NCBI GenBank assembly: GCA_016788565.1
Contig: JAEUSP010000097.1
Coordinates: 6,262 to 70,261 of the forward strand
Reading direction: 5' to 3'
DNA length: 64,000 nt
From: Chlorobiota bacterium
GTDB taxonomy: Bacteria > Bacteroidota > Ignavibacteria > OLB7
Translations under genes and position numbers: made by a program
Part shown: positions 55,702-64,000 of the stretch, one piece after another
Position numbering within the stretch: the first letter of the stretch is position 1
How the letters are laid out: every line of letters begins with the position of its first letter
The notes under the pieces: model-generated
Databases searched by the model: none
Told to the model about the DNA's origin: nothing
The model's input: the letters and a program-made list of their open reading frames with translations, nothing else

Positions 55702-57375
55702 TCATTTTTTCTGCTGCCACACCCACGCAGTTGCAACGGCGCGGGCGGTGCGGCCGGTGGCACCAAGTTTCAGATAGATGTTCGAGACGTGCCGCTCCAC
55801 TGTTCGGATGCTTAGGAAAAGTTCCGTGGCAATCTGCTCGTTGCTTTTTCCGGCAGCAATCAGCATCAGAATTTCTGTTTCGCGGCGGGTGAGGTCATCG
55901 GTGGCAGAGCCGGAGCGGGCGGTGGAGTAGTTGTGCGGTGAGGCGATAATGGCTGCTGCGCGTTCTGCATCGCGTAGCGCGCCCAGCCGCCGCAGTGATT
56001 GTTCGGCCGACTTGGCTTCTTCGTTAGCGCGCGTGTGGTCGCCAAGTTGGTGAAGCAGGTTGGCAAGCTCAATCCGGGCGCATCCCCCTTCGAACGGCAT
56101 GGGGGTGCGGTCGTATAAATCAATAGCATCTTCAAGATGAAACAGGGCTTCGCGAAGATTGCCGATGGCAGCGGCAAACAGGCCGTCGGCTGCATGAATT
56201 GCCGCGTGCAACGGCGAGGTGTTGAACCGGCTTGCAATCTCCCGGATTTCTGTCAAGGCTTGCTCGGCTTCCTGCATATTTCCCGCAGCAAGCTGCGCAC
56301 GCAGCAAAAATTCTAGCCCCGGAACTCGTTCGGTGCGATCGGCAAGGGGGATGCGGCGAAGGTAGCGTTCCATCATTCCAATCGCCCCAATAGGATTGCC
56401 GTTGTGGAGCAAGATTGCCGCACGCCCCAGCATCGAAAGTGGATGGGATGGCGCTTCGGCAAATAGTGTTTCAGCCTCGGCAAATCTTCCTTGCCTGCGC
56501 CGAAGCTCCCCTATCCGAACGGTGCAGGCTGCCACTTGCCCTGGGCGGCATTCGCGCAGCATTGTGGCGGTGTTCATCAGCTCTTGCTCGGCTTCGTTCC
56601 ATCGCCCTTGCGTCATCAGGATGCTGGCATATTGCGTACGGCACGACCCAAAAACGGAGGCCATGCGCCAGCGGCTGCTGAATTTGGAGATACGGATGCA
56701 CCATTGTGCGGCGCGGTCGTAATCGCGGATCCGTTCGCAGGCGGCAATCAGGTAGCAGCAGGTGCTGCCAATAGCGTTGATGTCGTCGGTTTCCCCTGCG
56801 ATTGCGGCGGCGGTGGCTTCGTCCAGCAATCGCATCCCTTCCACCGGCTCTCCCTGGCTAACCAGTGCCAGCCCACGCAGTGCCAATGCTAGCATCTCGA
56901 TATCGGGTGCGTTGAAGTTGCGCCCGTGGCGTAGCGCGCTATCGGCGTAGGTGATTGCTTCGCTGGGGTCTTTCTGAATCAGCAATGCAACATGAGCTTG
57001 AAGCATGGTAAGAAATCCGGCTTCGCGGCATGGGCCGTATTCTTCAATGGCGCGTAGCCCGCGCGCCAGCCACCCGTTAGCAATCGCAAAATCGCCGCGG
57101 AATTCACCATAATCACTTGCTACCAGCCCGGCCACCCGCGCCATCCCGTGGTGGTTATTGGCTTCGCGGTGCAGAGCGTAGGCCCGTTCGCGGGCTTCGA
57201 TTGTGGTGGTTGCATCGTTCAAAAAGTAGGCTGCTGCTGCCATCCCCTCCAACGCTTCGGCGGTTTCCTTCTGGCCCAGTGTTTTGCTGAAACAATCGGC
57301 GGCAACCTCCCATTCCCCCCGGGAAAGCGCTTGGTTCCCGGCGTTCAGAAGGCTAGTGTAGTCGGCATCAAGCAT
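55702..57375 (-). CDS. TPR-repeat LuxR-family transcriptional regulator (MalT-like C-terminal two-thirds, no ATPase domain)
   Basis: The C-terminus LTRRETEILMLIAAGKSNEQIATELFLSIRTVERHVSNIYLKLG is a LuxR/GerE HTH. It is preceded by ~480 aa of TPR-like helices. Confidence 0.85.
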   Translation of the reverse strand: MLDADYTSLLNAGNQALSRGEWEVAADCFSKTLGQKETAEALEGMAAAAYFLNDATTTIEARERAYALHREANNHHGMARVAGLVASDYGEFRGDFAIANGWLARGLRAIEEYGPCREAGFLTMLQAHVALLIQKDPSEAITYADSALRHGRNFNAPDIEMLALALRGLALVSQGEPVEGMRLLDEATAAAIAGETDDINAIGSTCCYLIAACERIRDYDRAAQWCIRISKFSSRWRMASVFGSCRTQYASILMTQGRWNEAEQELMNTATMLRECRPGQVAACTVRIGELRRRQGRFAEAETLFAEAPSHPLSMLGRAAILLHNGNPIGAIGMMERYLRRIPLADRTERVPGLEFLLRAQLAAGNMQEAEQALTEIREIASRFNTSPLHAAIHAADGLFAAAIGNLREALFHLEDAIDLYDRTPMPFEGGCARIELANLLHQLGDHTRANEEAKSAEQSLRRLGALRDAERAAAIIASPHNYSTARSGSATDDLTRRETEILMLIAAGKSNEQIATELFLSIRTVERHVSNIYLKLGATGRTARAVATAWVWQQKK

Positions 57376-57604
57376 TGTTTAACACTACGAAGAACAGCAT
57401 GAAGTAGATGGGAACAGAGACAGTGACAAACATAAGAAAATCAGCAGGGAAAATGCTCCCGTAAAAATTTAGAACGTATCTGTGGTCATGCTTAATGGCC
57501 ACGGCGAACCAAAGGTGTACCTTTGCACCATACATGACAAAGGATATCCCGTACACCGTGCACCCCCCTTTCCCCAATGCTCAAAACCGACTACCAACTT
57601 CCCG

Positions 57605-58105
57605 ATGAAATTCTTCGACGTTCTCTTCCTGCTTGTGATCGCTGGGCTTGGCGCGGTTTCCCTGTTCGGTGGGTGTGCAAAAAAAGTTGGCGGGATGACT
57701 GGGCCGCTGGCAACCGCACCAAGCGTGGAACGTGAGATTTGGGAGCGAATTAATCAACACCGTCGAACGCTTCGGCTGCCGGCGTTGGAGTACAGCATGG
57801 CAATGGCCGAACAAGCGCAAACCCACGCGGAGCAGATGGGGAGTGGGGAGGTTCCGTTTGGCCACCAGGGCTTTGATGAACGTGCCGAGGCGATTGCCGA
57901 AACCGTGCAGTTCAACGGGATTTCCGAAAATGTTGCTTGGTGTTCCGACACCAAATCCATTGCCGACACCGCCGTGAAATTGTGGCTTGCCAGCCCAAGC
58001 CACCGCCGCAATATCGAAGGCGATTACACCCTTACCGGCATTGGTGCCGCGCTGAACCAGCAGGGTGTCTGGTATTTCACACAGATTTTTGCGAAGCAGA
58101 GGTAG
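57605..58105 (+). CDS. CAP/SCP (YkwD-like) domain lipoprotein
   Basis: Lipobox [20 protein letters not shown] ... HQGF ... SENVAW ... [11 protein letters not shown] are CAP-domain motifs. Confidence 0.8.
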   Translation: MKFFDVLFLLVIAGLGAVSLFGGCAKKVGGMTGPLATAPSVEREIWERINQHRRTLRLPALEYSMAMAEQAQTHAEQMGSGEVPFGHQGFDERAEAIAETVQFNGISENVAWCSDTKSIADTAVKLWLASPSHRRNIEGDYTLTGIGAALNQQGVWYFTQIFAKQR

Positions 58106-58185
58106 TTTATCCGTCGCCTGATTCGTTACTTGCCAACGTTTTCCGTTCTACGTCCGCAACCGTTCACATTCCCAAACTCAAACAC

Positions 58186-58602
58186 ATGGATATCGTTTTT
58201 ACGCTTCACTCGCACACACGTTGGCTGGTTGCAATCGCGGCGGTGGTGGCTATCGTGAAACTGGCAATCACTGCAATGCAGGGGAAGGAGTATGGCAAGG
58301 GGGATCGCATCGTCACCTCGGCGTTCGTTGGGATGCTGGACCTTCAGATGGCAATCGGGCTGGTGCTGCTGGTTTGGCGGCTGGCCGCGGGGGTAACGAT
58401 TTCGCGGTTTGTCTGGGAGCATTTCGCCACCATGCTGATCGCTATTTCGATAGCACACATTATGAGCACACGCACCCAAACCAAAACCGCGCCAAACGCC
58501 CGCGCGCGCGTCATGCTGCTGACGTTTCTGGGGGTGGCAGTGCTGGTCTATGTTGGCATCATGCGGCTGCCGCAGGGTGGCTTGCACTTGTTCATGCCGT
58601 AA
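58186..58602 (+). CDS. Hypothetical 4-TM membrane protein
   Basis: It begins MDIVFTLHSHTRWLVAIAAVVAIV.... The ATG at 58186 is in frame within the listed ORF 57937..58602, whose upstream part overlaps the CAP gene. Confidence 0.5.
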   Translation: MDIVFTLHSHTRWLVAIAAVVAIVKLAITAMQGKEYGKGDRIVTSAFVGMLDLQMAIGLVLLVWRLAAGVTISRFVWEHFATMLIAISIAHIMSTRTQTKTAPNARARVMLLTFLGVAVLVYVGIMRLPQGGLHLFMP

Positions 58603-58636
58603 GCCGTGCGCGTGTGGAAGATTGGTGTGGGATCGC

Positions 58637-59269
58637 TTACTCACCCCTGACCGATTTCATCAACGCTTGCGCCCGTTCTGTGATGACTGCTGGCGAACTG
58701 ACGCTTCCATCGGGATTGTGCGTTAGCCAGCTTCCCACATTCAGAATTGCCGCGCCGGCTTGCAACAGTGGCCCCGCCGTTCGGTCGGTAATCCCACCCG
58801 AGGGCGCAAACCGGATGTCGGGAAATGGCCCGCGGAGTGTGGTGATATGCTTCACAGGGTCGGGGAGCATCGGGAAAATTTTTACAAGGTCCGCCCCTGC
58901 GCGCCAAGCAGCAAGAATTTCCGTTGGAGTACCCCCCCCGGCCATGCTCACCAATCCATGCTGTGCTGTCCGTTCAATGATGCGGGTGTCGAGCATCGGG
59001 CTTGCCACAAACGCGGCTCCGGCGGCTGCGGCAACCTCAACATCTTCCAACGTCAAGATTGTTCCGGCCCCGGCGATGACGTTCGGAGTCTGGGCAGCTT
59101 CTTGCAGCAACGCGCTGGCGTTCGGGGTTGTCCATGTCACCTCAACCACGGAAATTCCTCCGCGCACAATCGCTTCAATGGCCTGCGCAGCATCCCGCTG
59201 CGTCTGCATCCGAACAACGGCAATCACGCCGTAACGAAGCATCCGGTTCAGTGTAGTTCCCATTGCCAA
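58637..59269 (-). CDS. eda: KDPG/KHG aldolase
   Basis: VIAVVRMQ...GGISVVEVTWTTPNA...GAGTILT...FVASP...VKIFP is the Eda pattern. Confidence 0.9.
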   Translation of the reverse strand: MAMGTTLNRMLRYGVIAVVRMQTQRDAAQAIEAIVRGGISVVEVTWTTPNASALLQEAAQTPNVIAGAGTILTLEDVEVAAAAGAAFVASPMLDTRIIERTAQHGLVSMAGGGTPTEILAAWRAGADLVKIFPMLPDPVKHITTLRGPFPDIRFAPSGGITDRTAGPLLQAGAAILNVGSWLTHNPDGSVSSPAVITERAQALMKSVRGE

Positions 59270-59387
59270 GTGAGGAAAATCCAGTCGGTGAATTGAGTTT
59301 TACGATACCCGCATTGCTGCCAGCGGATCATTGCAGCAAGCCCTTGCTTCAGTAAATCTAACGATGCGCACCGTTCAAACAGCCTAC

Positions 59388-61826
59388 ATGAAAAACCTTC
59401 TTGCCAGCTTGTTGTTTTTTGCAGTTCTATCAGTTGCGGCGCAATCGCAACCGGTGAAGTCCTACCACACCACACTCTTCGGCACGCTTGATCCCGATAT
59501 TCAGAAGCAGGGAACATACTCCGCGCTAACCGGCTACGCGGCTCCCGACGGACGTGAGTACGCACTGCTTGGTGGCTTCACCGGAACCTATGTGATTGAT
59601 GTCACCCAGGCTCCGCTGAAGCTGGTAAGTTTCATCCCCGGCCCAACAAGCCTGTGGCGCGAAATGAAAACGTGGGGTTCCTACGGCTACGTGGTAAGCG
59701 AAGGGGGAAGCGGCTTGCAGATTATTGACCTAACGCAGCTTCCGCTGAAAGCCGCGTTGCTCCGTGCCGACACCTCCGCGTTCCGCACCGCCCACACCGT
59801 TTCGGTGGAGGGGAATTATCTGTACGTGAACGGAACCAACCCCGAAGCAGGCGCAAACCAGGGGACGCTGATTTTTGACCTTTCGGTGGATCCAACCCGC
59901 CCACGGTTAGTTGGGAAATGGACCGGCAGATACGTGCACGATTGCAGCGTCCGGAACGACACCCTGTACGCAGCGGCAATTCTTGATGGCCAGCTTGATA
60001 TTGTCTATCTGGGAAAAGACCGGAAAAATCCGGTGCAAATTACCAACGTGAAATATCCCGGCGCGGGAACTCACAACGCCGAGGCCACGATTGATGGCCG
60101 CTACATTCTTACCAGCGACGAAATTGGGAGCACCCCAAAAACATTGAAAGTGTGGGACCGAACTGATATTCAAAACATCAGAAAAGTTGCTGATTGGACC
60201 CCCGTTCCAGGGGAGATTATCCACAATGTTCATATCAAGGGGAACCATGCGTTTATCGCGTGGTACAGTGCCGGAACCCGCATTGTTGACATCAGCGACC
60301 CAACCAACCCGGTGCAAGTTGGCTACTACGACACCTACCCCGAAGCGGGTGAGTTTTTTGCGGGAAATTGGGGGACCTATCCTTATCTACCCAGCGGTAA
60401 AATTTTAAGCAGCGATATGCAAACTGGGCTGCACGTTTTCACGTTCAACGGCGCAACGCCCGGGCGGGTAAGCGGGCGGGTGATTGATGCCCTGACCAAC
60501 AAACCAATCCCCTTTGCACGCGTAGATCTTACCGATCTGAAAATTCGGATCATCACCGACACTCTGGGCCGGTACACCTTTGCCGGCGCGGCGGATTCCC
60601 TGAATTGGGCCGCATCTATCCAAGATTACCTTCCCCGCTCCGGCAAATTTTACATTGACCCAAAGGGTGCCCAGCATGACATCTATTTATCGAAACTGCC
60701 GTTGGCCGAACTCACCCTTCGTGTGGTTGATGACGGGACAAACCAAGCGGTTCCCAATTTCGGTTGGCGACTAACCGAGCGTTCCTTTGCCGAAGGTGTT
60801 GCACCAAACGGGCTTCAAATATTTTCGCTTCCGGCGGACAGCACCTATCAGATGTTTGTTGGTGCGTGGGGATACCGAACGCAGTTGGTGCAGTTCGGTT
60901 CCAAAGGGGGAACCACGCAGGAGGTGCGGCTGAAGCGGGGATACTACGACAACGCAGAAGTTGACTTGGGATGGGCCTTGAGCGACACCGCCGATAATGC
61001 TGTTTCGGGCGGGTGGGAGCGGGGCATTCCGATTGGGACGGTGGCAGATATTCCACGTCGCGGGGAAACGGAAATCCAACCCGACAGCGACCGCACAACC
61101 ACCCCCGGGGATCATGCTTTCGTCACCGGCATCACTGGCACCGAAGGGAGCAACATCGGTGCCGCCGACGTGGACAACGGGATCACACGGCTAACCTCGC
61201 CAGCGTTTGATTTAACTGGCTGGTACGACCCGTACATCGCCGTAGATTTGTGGTACTCACGCGGTGGAAATATCCAGGGAATTGATGACACGATGGACGT
61301 GCTGCTATCGAACGACAACGGCAAAACGTGGGCGGTGATTGACAGAATAACCGACTCGGCTGACGCTTGGAAACGCTACGAATATCAAGTGCGAAAATTT
61401 CTTGAACCAACTTCCCAGATGCTTTTTCGCATTGAAGTAAGCGACCAGTACGACCCGTCGTTGGTGGAGGCGGCAATGGATGAATTTGAGGTTGAAGAGC
61501 GGGGCGATGCCACCGGAGTTGATGAAAAAAATGATGGAAAAAATAATGTGAAAATTGCGGTAAGTGAAATTGCAATCACGCTGCAACCGAACCCGCTGGT
61601 TTCTGGGCAAGGTGAGGTGATGATGGAGCTTGCCAAGCCAATGCATCATCTTCGCGTTGAATTATTCAACACTGCCGGGGAGCGGATACTAAAATTGCAC
61701 GATGCAGCCGCCGCAGCCGGGATATTGCGTATTTCACTTGATGCCACCTCAGTAGCCGCAGGAAATTACCAGCTAACCATCACCGCCGATGGGAAAGTGT
61801 GGAGTAGGGGGGTGGTGGTGAAGTAG
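59388..61826 (+). CDS. LVIVD-repeat / choice-of-anchor-B-like beta-propeller protein with a carboxypeptidase-regulatory-like domain and a T9SS C-terminal sorting domain
   Basis: Signal peptide MKNLLASLLFFAVLSVAAQ. LTGYAAPDGREYALLGGFTGTYVIDVT and GSGLQIIDLTQLP are LVIVD-type blades. The C-terminus LQPNPLV...NYQLTITADGKVWSRGVVVK is a T9SS CTD. Confidence 0.8.
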   Translation: MKNLLASLLFFAVLSVAAQSQPVKSYHTTLFGTLDPDIQKQGTYSALTGYAAPDGREYALLGGFTGTYVIDVTQAPLKLVSFIPGPTSLWREMKTWGSYGYVVSEGGSGLQIIDLTQLPLKAALLRADTSAFRTAHTVSVEGNYLYVNGTNPEAGANQGTLIFDLSVDPTRPRLVGKWTGRYVHDCSVRNDTLYAAAILDGQLDIVYLGKDRKNPVQITNVKYPGAGTHNAEATIDGRYILTSDEIGSTPKTLKVWDRTDIQNIRKVADWTPVPGEIIHNVHIKGNHAFIAWYSAGTRIVDISDPTNPVQVGYYDTYPEAGEFFAGNWGTYPYLPSGKILSSDMQTGLHVFTFNGATPGRVSGRVIDALTNKPIPFARVDLTDLKIRIITDTLGRYTFAGAADSLNWAASIQDYLPRSGKFYIDPKGAQHDIYLSKLPLAELTLRVVDDGTNQAVPNFGWRLTERSFAEGVAPNGLQIFSLPADSTYQMFVGAWGYRTQLVQFGSKGGTTQEVRLKRGYYDNAEVDLGWALSDTADNAVSGGWERGIPIGTVADIPRRGETEIQPDSDRTTTPGDHAFVTGITGTEGSNIGAADVDNGITRLTSPAFDLTGWYDPYIAVDLWYSRGGNIQGIDDTMDVLLSNDNGKTWAVIDRITDSADAWKRYEYQVRKFLEPTSQMLFRIEVSDQYDPSLVEAAMDEFEVEERGDATGVDEKNDGKNNVKIAVSEIAITLQPNPLVSGQGEVMMELAKPMHHLRVELFNTAGERILKLHDAAAAAGILRISLDATSVAAGNYQLTITADGKVWSRGVVVK

Positions 61827-61863
61827 AGCCAATGTGGAAAGCAAATCATACACGCTAGTACAA

Positions 61864-62832
61864 ATGAATTATAAAACTATAGACTTATTTGCTGGCATCG
61901 GAGGCATCCGACTTGGATTCGAAGCCTACGGTTGCCAGACTGTATTTGCTTCTGAATGGGATAGCCATGCCCAGAATATGTATGAAGCTAATTTTGGAGA
62001 GAGACCATTTGGTGACATTAATGCAATCGCGCCCAACGACATCCCAGACCATGATATTTTGTTAGCTGGATTCCCATGCCAACCGTTTAGCATTGCAGGT
62101 AAAGGGCTTGGCTTTTCAGACACAAGGGGCACGCTATTCTTTAACATTGAAGCGATCTTGGAAGCAAAACGCCCCCAAGCCTTTCTGCTTGAAAACGTAA
62201 AGCGATTAACAACACATGATAATGGAAATACATTCGCAGTGATTTTAGAGAAATTAACAGGTTTGGGCTATACCGTGTATCATAAAGTTTTCAATTCGCT
62301 TGAATTTGGTGTTCCGCAAAAAAGAGAAAGAATTTACATCGTTGGCTTTAAAGACCAGATTCACTTCCAATTTCCTAAGCCATGTGGTTATTATAAGCCA
62401 CTATCTGAAATTTTAGAAAAAGAAGAAGATGTTGCTCAAAGTTATTTCCTTTCTGAAAAATTAAAGAACAAAAGATTGCAAGCGATTAAGCATGTTCCGC
62501 CCTCACCTTCTATTTGGCATGAAAATATCGGGGGGAATATTTCGGCACTTCCATATTCTTGTGCATTACGAGCTGGCGGTAGCTACAACTATCTTGTGGT
62601 CAATGGAGTTAGAAGATTGACGGGGAGAGAGATGCTTAGGCTTCAAGGGTTTCCTGATACTTTCATTATAAATGTACCATATTCGCAATTAAGGAAGGTT
62701 GCTGGTAATTCAGTTACCGTCCCCGTTATTCGTGCTATTGCAGGAGAAATGATTGAAGCATTACAACATAAAAAAAATGCTCATAAAATGGGTACTCAGC
62801 TTTCTTTATTAGAGGCAACTTGTGAGTATTGA
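61864..62832 (+). CDS. dcm: DNA (cytosine-5)-methyltransferase, HhaI/HaeII-like layout
   Basis: Motif I DLFAGIGG, IV FPCQPFS, VI ENVKRL, VIII QKRERIYIVG, X GNSVTVPVI. The gene is visibly AT-rich. Confidence 0.95.
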   Translation: MNYKTIDLFAGIGGIRLGFEAYGCQTVFASEWDSHAQNMYEANFGERPFGDINAIAPNDIPDHDILLAGFPCQPFSIAGKGLGFSDTRGTLFFNIEAILEAKRPQAFLLENVKRLTTHDNGNTFAVILEKLTGLGYTVYHKVFNSLEFGVPQKRERIYIVGFKDQIHFQFPKPCGYYKPLSEILEKEEDVAQSYFLSEKLKNKRLQAIKHVPPSPSIWHENIGGNISALPYSCALRAGGSYNYLVVNGVRRLTGREMLRLQGFPDTFIINVPYSQLRKVAGNSVTVPVIRAIAGEMIEALQHKKNAHKMGTQLSLLEATCEY

Positions 62833-63892
62833 GCAATCAAAAAAATCCTTAGATAGGATCATTGATAAGGCACGAGTTCATTTGTATAAGCCTATACAAA
62901 TTGCTGAAATCCTACATCGTGATAGAGTAGTGCAAGACATTAATCTTGCAGATCTACCCACATACCGAATAGCGTCAAAAAAGTGGAGAGATTTAATTTG
63001 CATAAGATTTTTAGGGAGAACCTCAACTTCTTCAGCACGGTACCAAGATGATGTTTTTAATGAGAATGCAATTCCCCCTAAAATTCTGATGGAGTTAGGA
63101 AAAGAAAACAGAAAAAAGAATGGCATAGTAGAATCCTATATTTATAGGAAATTTGCGCAGAGATTTACTCAAATGTCATCAGGGCTTGACTATTGTCTGA
63201 TACATGATAAATCTAATTTTAAGTTGGATAGGTTTTTAGATATTTTTTGGAATGAACCAGGGTTAAGAAGAAGTATAGATAAAGTGTATGAGATCGTTGT
63301 GTTCTCATTGTTTTCGGCTTTAATTGAAGCATTGGATGTTTCAATTGAAGTTCGTGCAAATCCTTCAAAAATGAAAATTTTAAAGGAATTTGAAGATTTT
63401 TCAAAAAGGATAATGCAGCTTTCTACTAATCAAACAACCTTGACAAGAAAAGCAATCCTCAATCGAGTAGGTGTTACTAATGCAGCAGATAGAGGACTGG
63501 ATATGTGGGCAAATTTTGGACTTGCTATTCAAATAAAACATCTATCGCTTACTGAAGACCTTGCTGAAAGTATGGTCTCCTCAATTTCAAGTGATCGAAT
63601 AGTCGTTGTCTGTAAAGATGCAGAAGAAAAGGTGATTGTCTCACTATTAAATCAGATCGGCTGGAAATCAAAAATTCAGAGTGTGGTGACAGAATCACAC
63701 CTGATAGATTGGTATGAAAAAGCACTAAGAGGAAAATTCGCACTATCTATTGGAGATAAAGTCCTTTACCTATTGGCTGAAGAAATAAAAACTGAATTCC
63801 CAGTGACTAATAGTGCTGAATTCAATGAGTTTTACAACCAAAGAGGCTATAACCAAATTTCTGATGCTTTCTGGTTTGATGAGATGCCGTAG
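62822..63892 (+). CDS. Probable cognate type II restriction endonuclease (family not verified; HaeII-like is a guess)
   Basis: The GTG start overlaps the methyltransferase stop by 11 nt, and the gene has the same AT-rich composition. A candidate PD-(D/E/Q)xK-like segment is GLDMWANFGLAIQIKH. I recognised no other domain. Confidence 0.5.
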   Translation: MSIEQSKKSLDRIIDKARVHLYKPIQIAEILHRDRVVQDINLADLPTYRIASKKWRDLICIRFLGRTSTSSARYQDDVFNENAIPPKILMELGKENRKKNGIVESYIYRKFAQRFTQMSSGLDYCLIHDKSNFKLDRFLDIFWNEPGLRRSIDKVYEIVVFSLFSALIEALDVSIEVRANPSKMKILKEFEDFSKRIMQLSTNQTTLTRKAILNRVGVTNAADRGLDMWANFGLAIQIKHLSLTEDLAESMVSSISSDRIVVVCKDAEEKVIVSLLNQIGWKSKIQSVVTESHLIDWYEKALRGKFALSIGDKVLYLLAEEIKTEFPVTNSAEFNEFYNQRGYNQISDAFWFDEMP

Positions 63893-64000
63893 AGTAGCAG
63901 TACGCTTCTCCCAAAAAAACACTCCATCTAATCAAACAAATTCGCGGCCTTCAGCAAGGCTTGTTGGTCAATAATTCGGATTTTTCGCCCGACAAAATCA

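Noticed and set aside
58221-59234. 337-aa plus-strand ORF overlapping eda and the 4-TM protein gene
   Set aside because: The translation is Gly/Ala/Arg-rich nonsense, and the opposite strand encodes a textbook KDPG aldolase.
1-64000. tRNA, rRNA, tmRNA and RNase P genes
   Set aside because: I scanned the intergenic regions by eye for T-loop (GGTTCGAATCC-like) and other signature strings and found none. The only GGTTCG hits are inside the 28.4-28.7 kb repeats. This is not a substitute for tRNAscan or cmscan.

Overview
This is a GC-rich 64-kb chromosomal window. It probably comes from an FCB-superphylum bacterium (Chlorobi/Ignavibacteria/Bacteroidetes-like). That placement is an inference from three proteins with T9SS C-terminal sorting domains, rplM-rpsI-rpsB-tsf and tilS-hpt-ftsH synteny, two TTG-N21-TAnnTTTG promoter-like motifs, and the general absence of Shine-Dalgarno sequences.

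Most of the window is housekeeping: rpe, a LonC-like protease, glyQS, priA, a TerC-family protein, hemD-hemE, rmlD, bcp, an M28 peptidase, a thioester alpha-2-macroglobulin, an amine oxidase, an SrkA-like kinase, ftsH, hpt, tilS, rplM, rpsI, rpsB, tsf, comEC and eda. There is also a cluster of regulators: a STAND ATPase with a C-terminal SARP module, a TPR-LuxR protein, and an HTH-GAF-like-LuxR chimera.

Clearly accessory material:
- a visibly AT-rich type II restriction-modification pair (61.8-63.9 kb);
- an AT-rich GxxExxY cassette next to a 108-bp tandem repeat that runs into the 3' end of rpe;
- a gene-poor, repeat-rich patch (11.4-13.4 kb).

I recognised no rRNA, tRNA, CRISPR array, integrase or intact transposase by eye, and I found no convincing multi-gene novel system.

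The most unusual observations:
1. TilS carries a ~500-aa Gln/Pro-rich repeat plus a basic tail.
2. Octamer CAACTGAC/GTCAGTTG microsatellite arrays and a 14-nt GACAACCGATTCCC module sit in the 5' leaders of priA and the A2M gene, and bracket priA in inverted orientation.
3. Two dispersed small-repeat families are present, one MITE-like with TA flanks and one REP-like.
4. The STAND regulator has an inverted domain order (ATPase-TPR-wHTH/BTAD).

Everything was read by eye. No similarity searches, RNA covariance models or GC statistics were run. Family assignments rest on remembered motifs.
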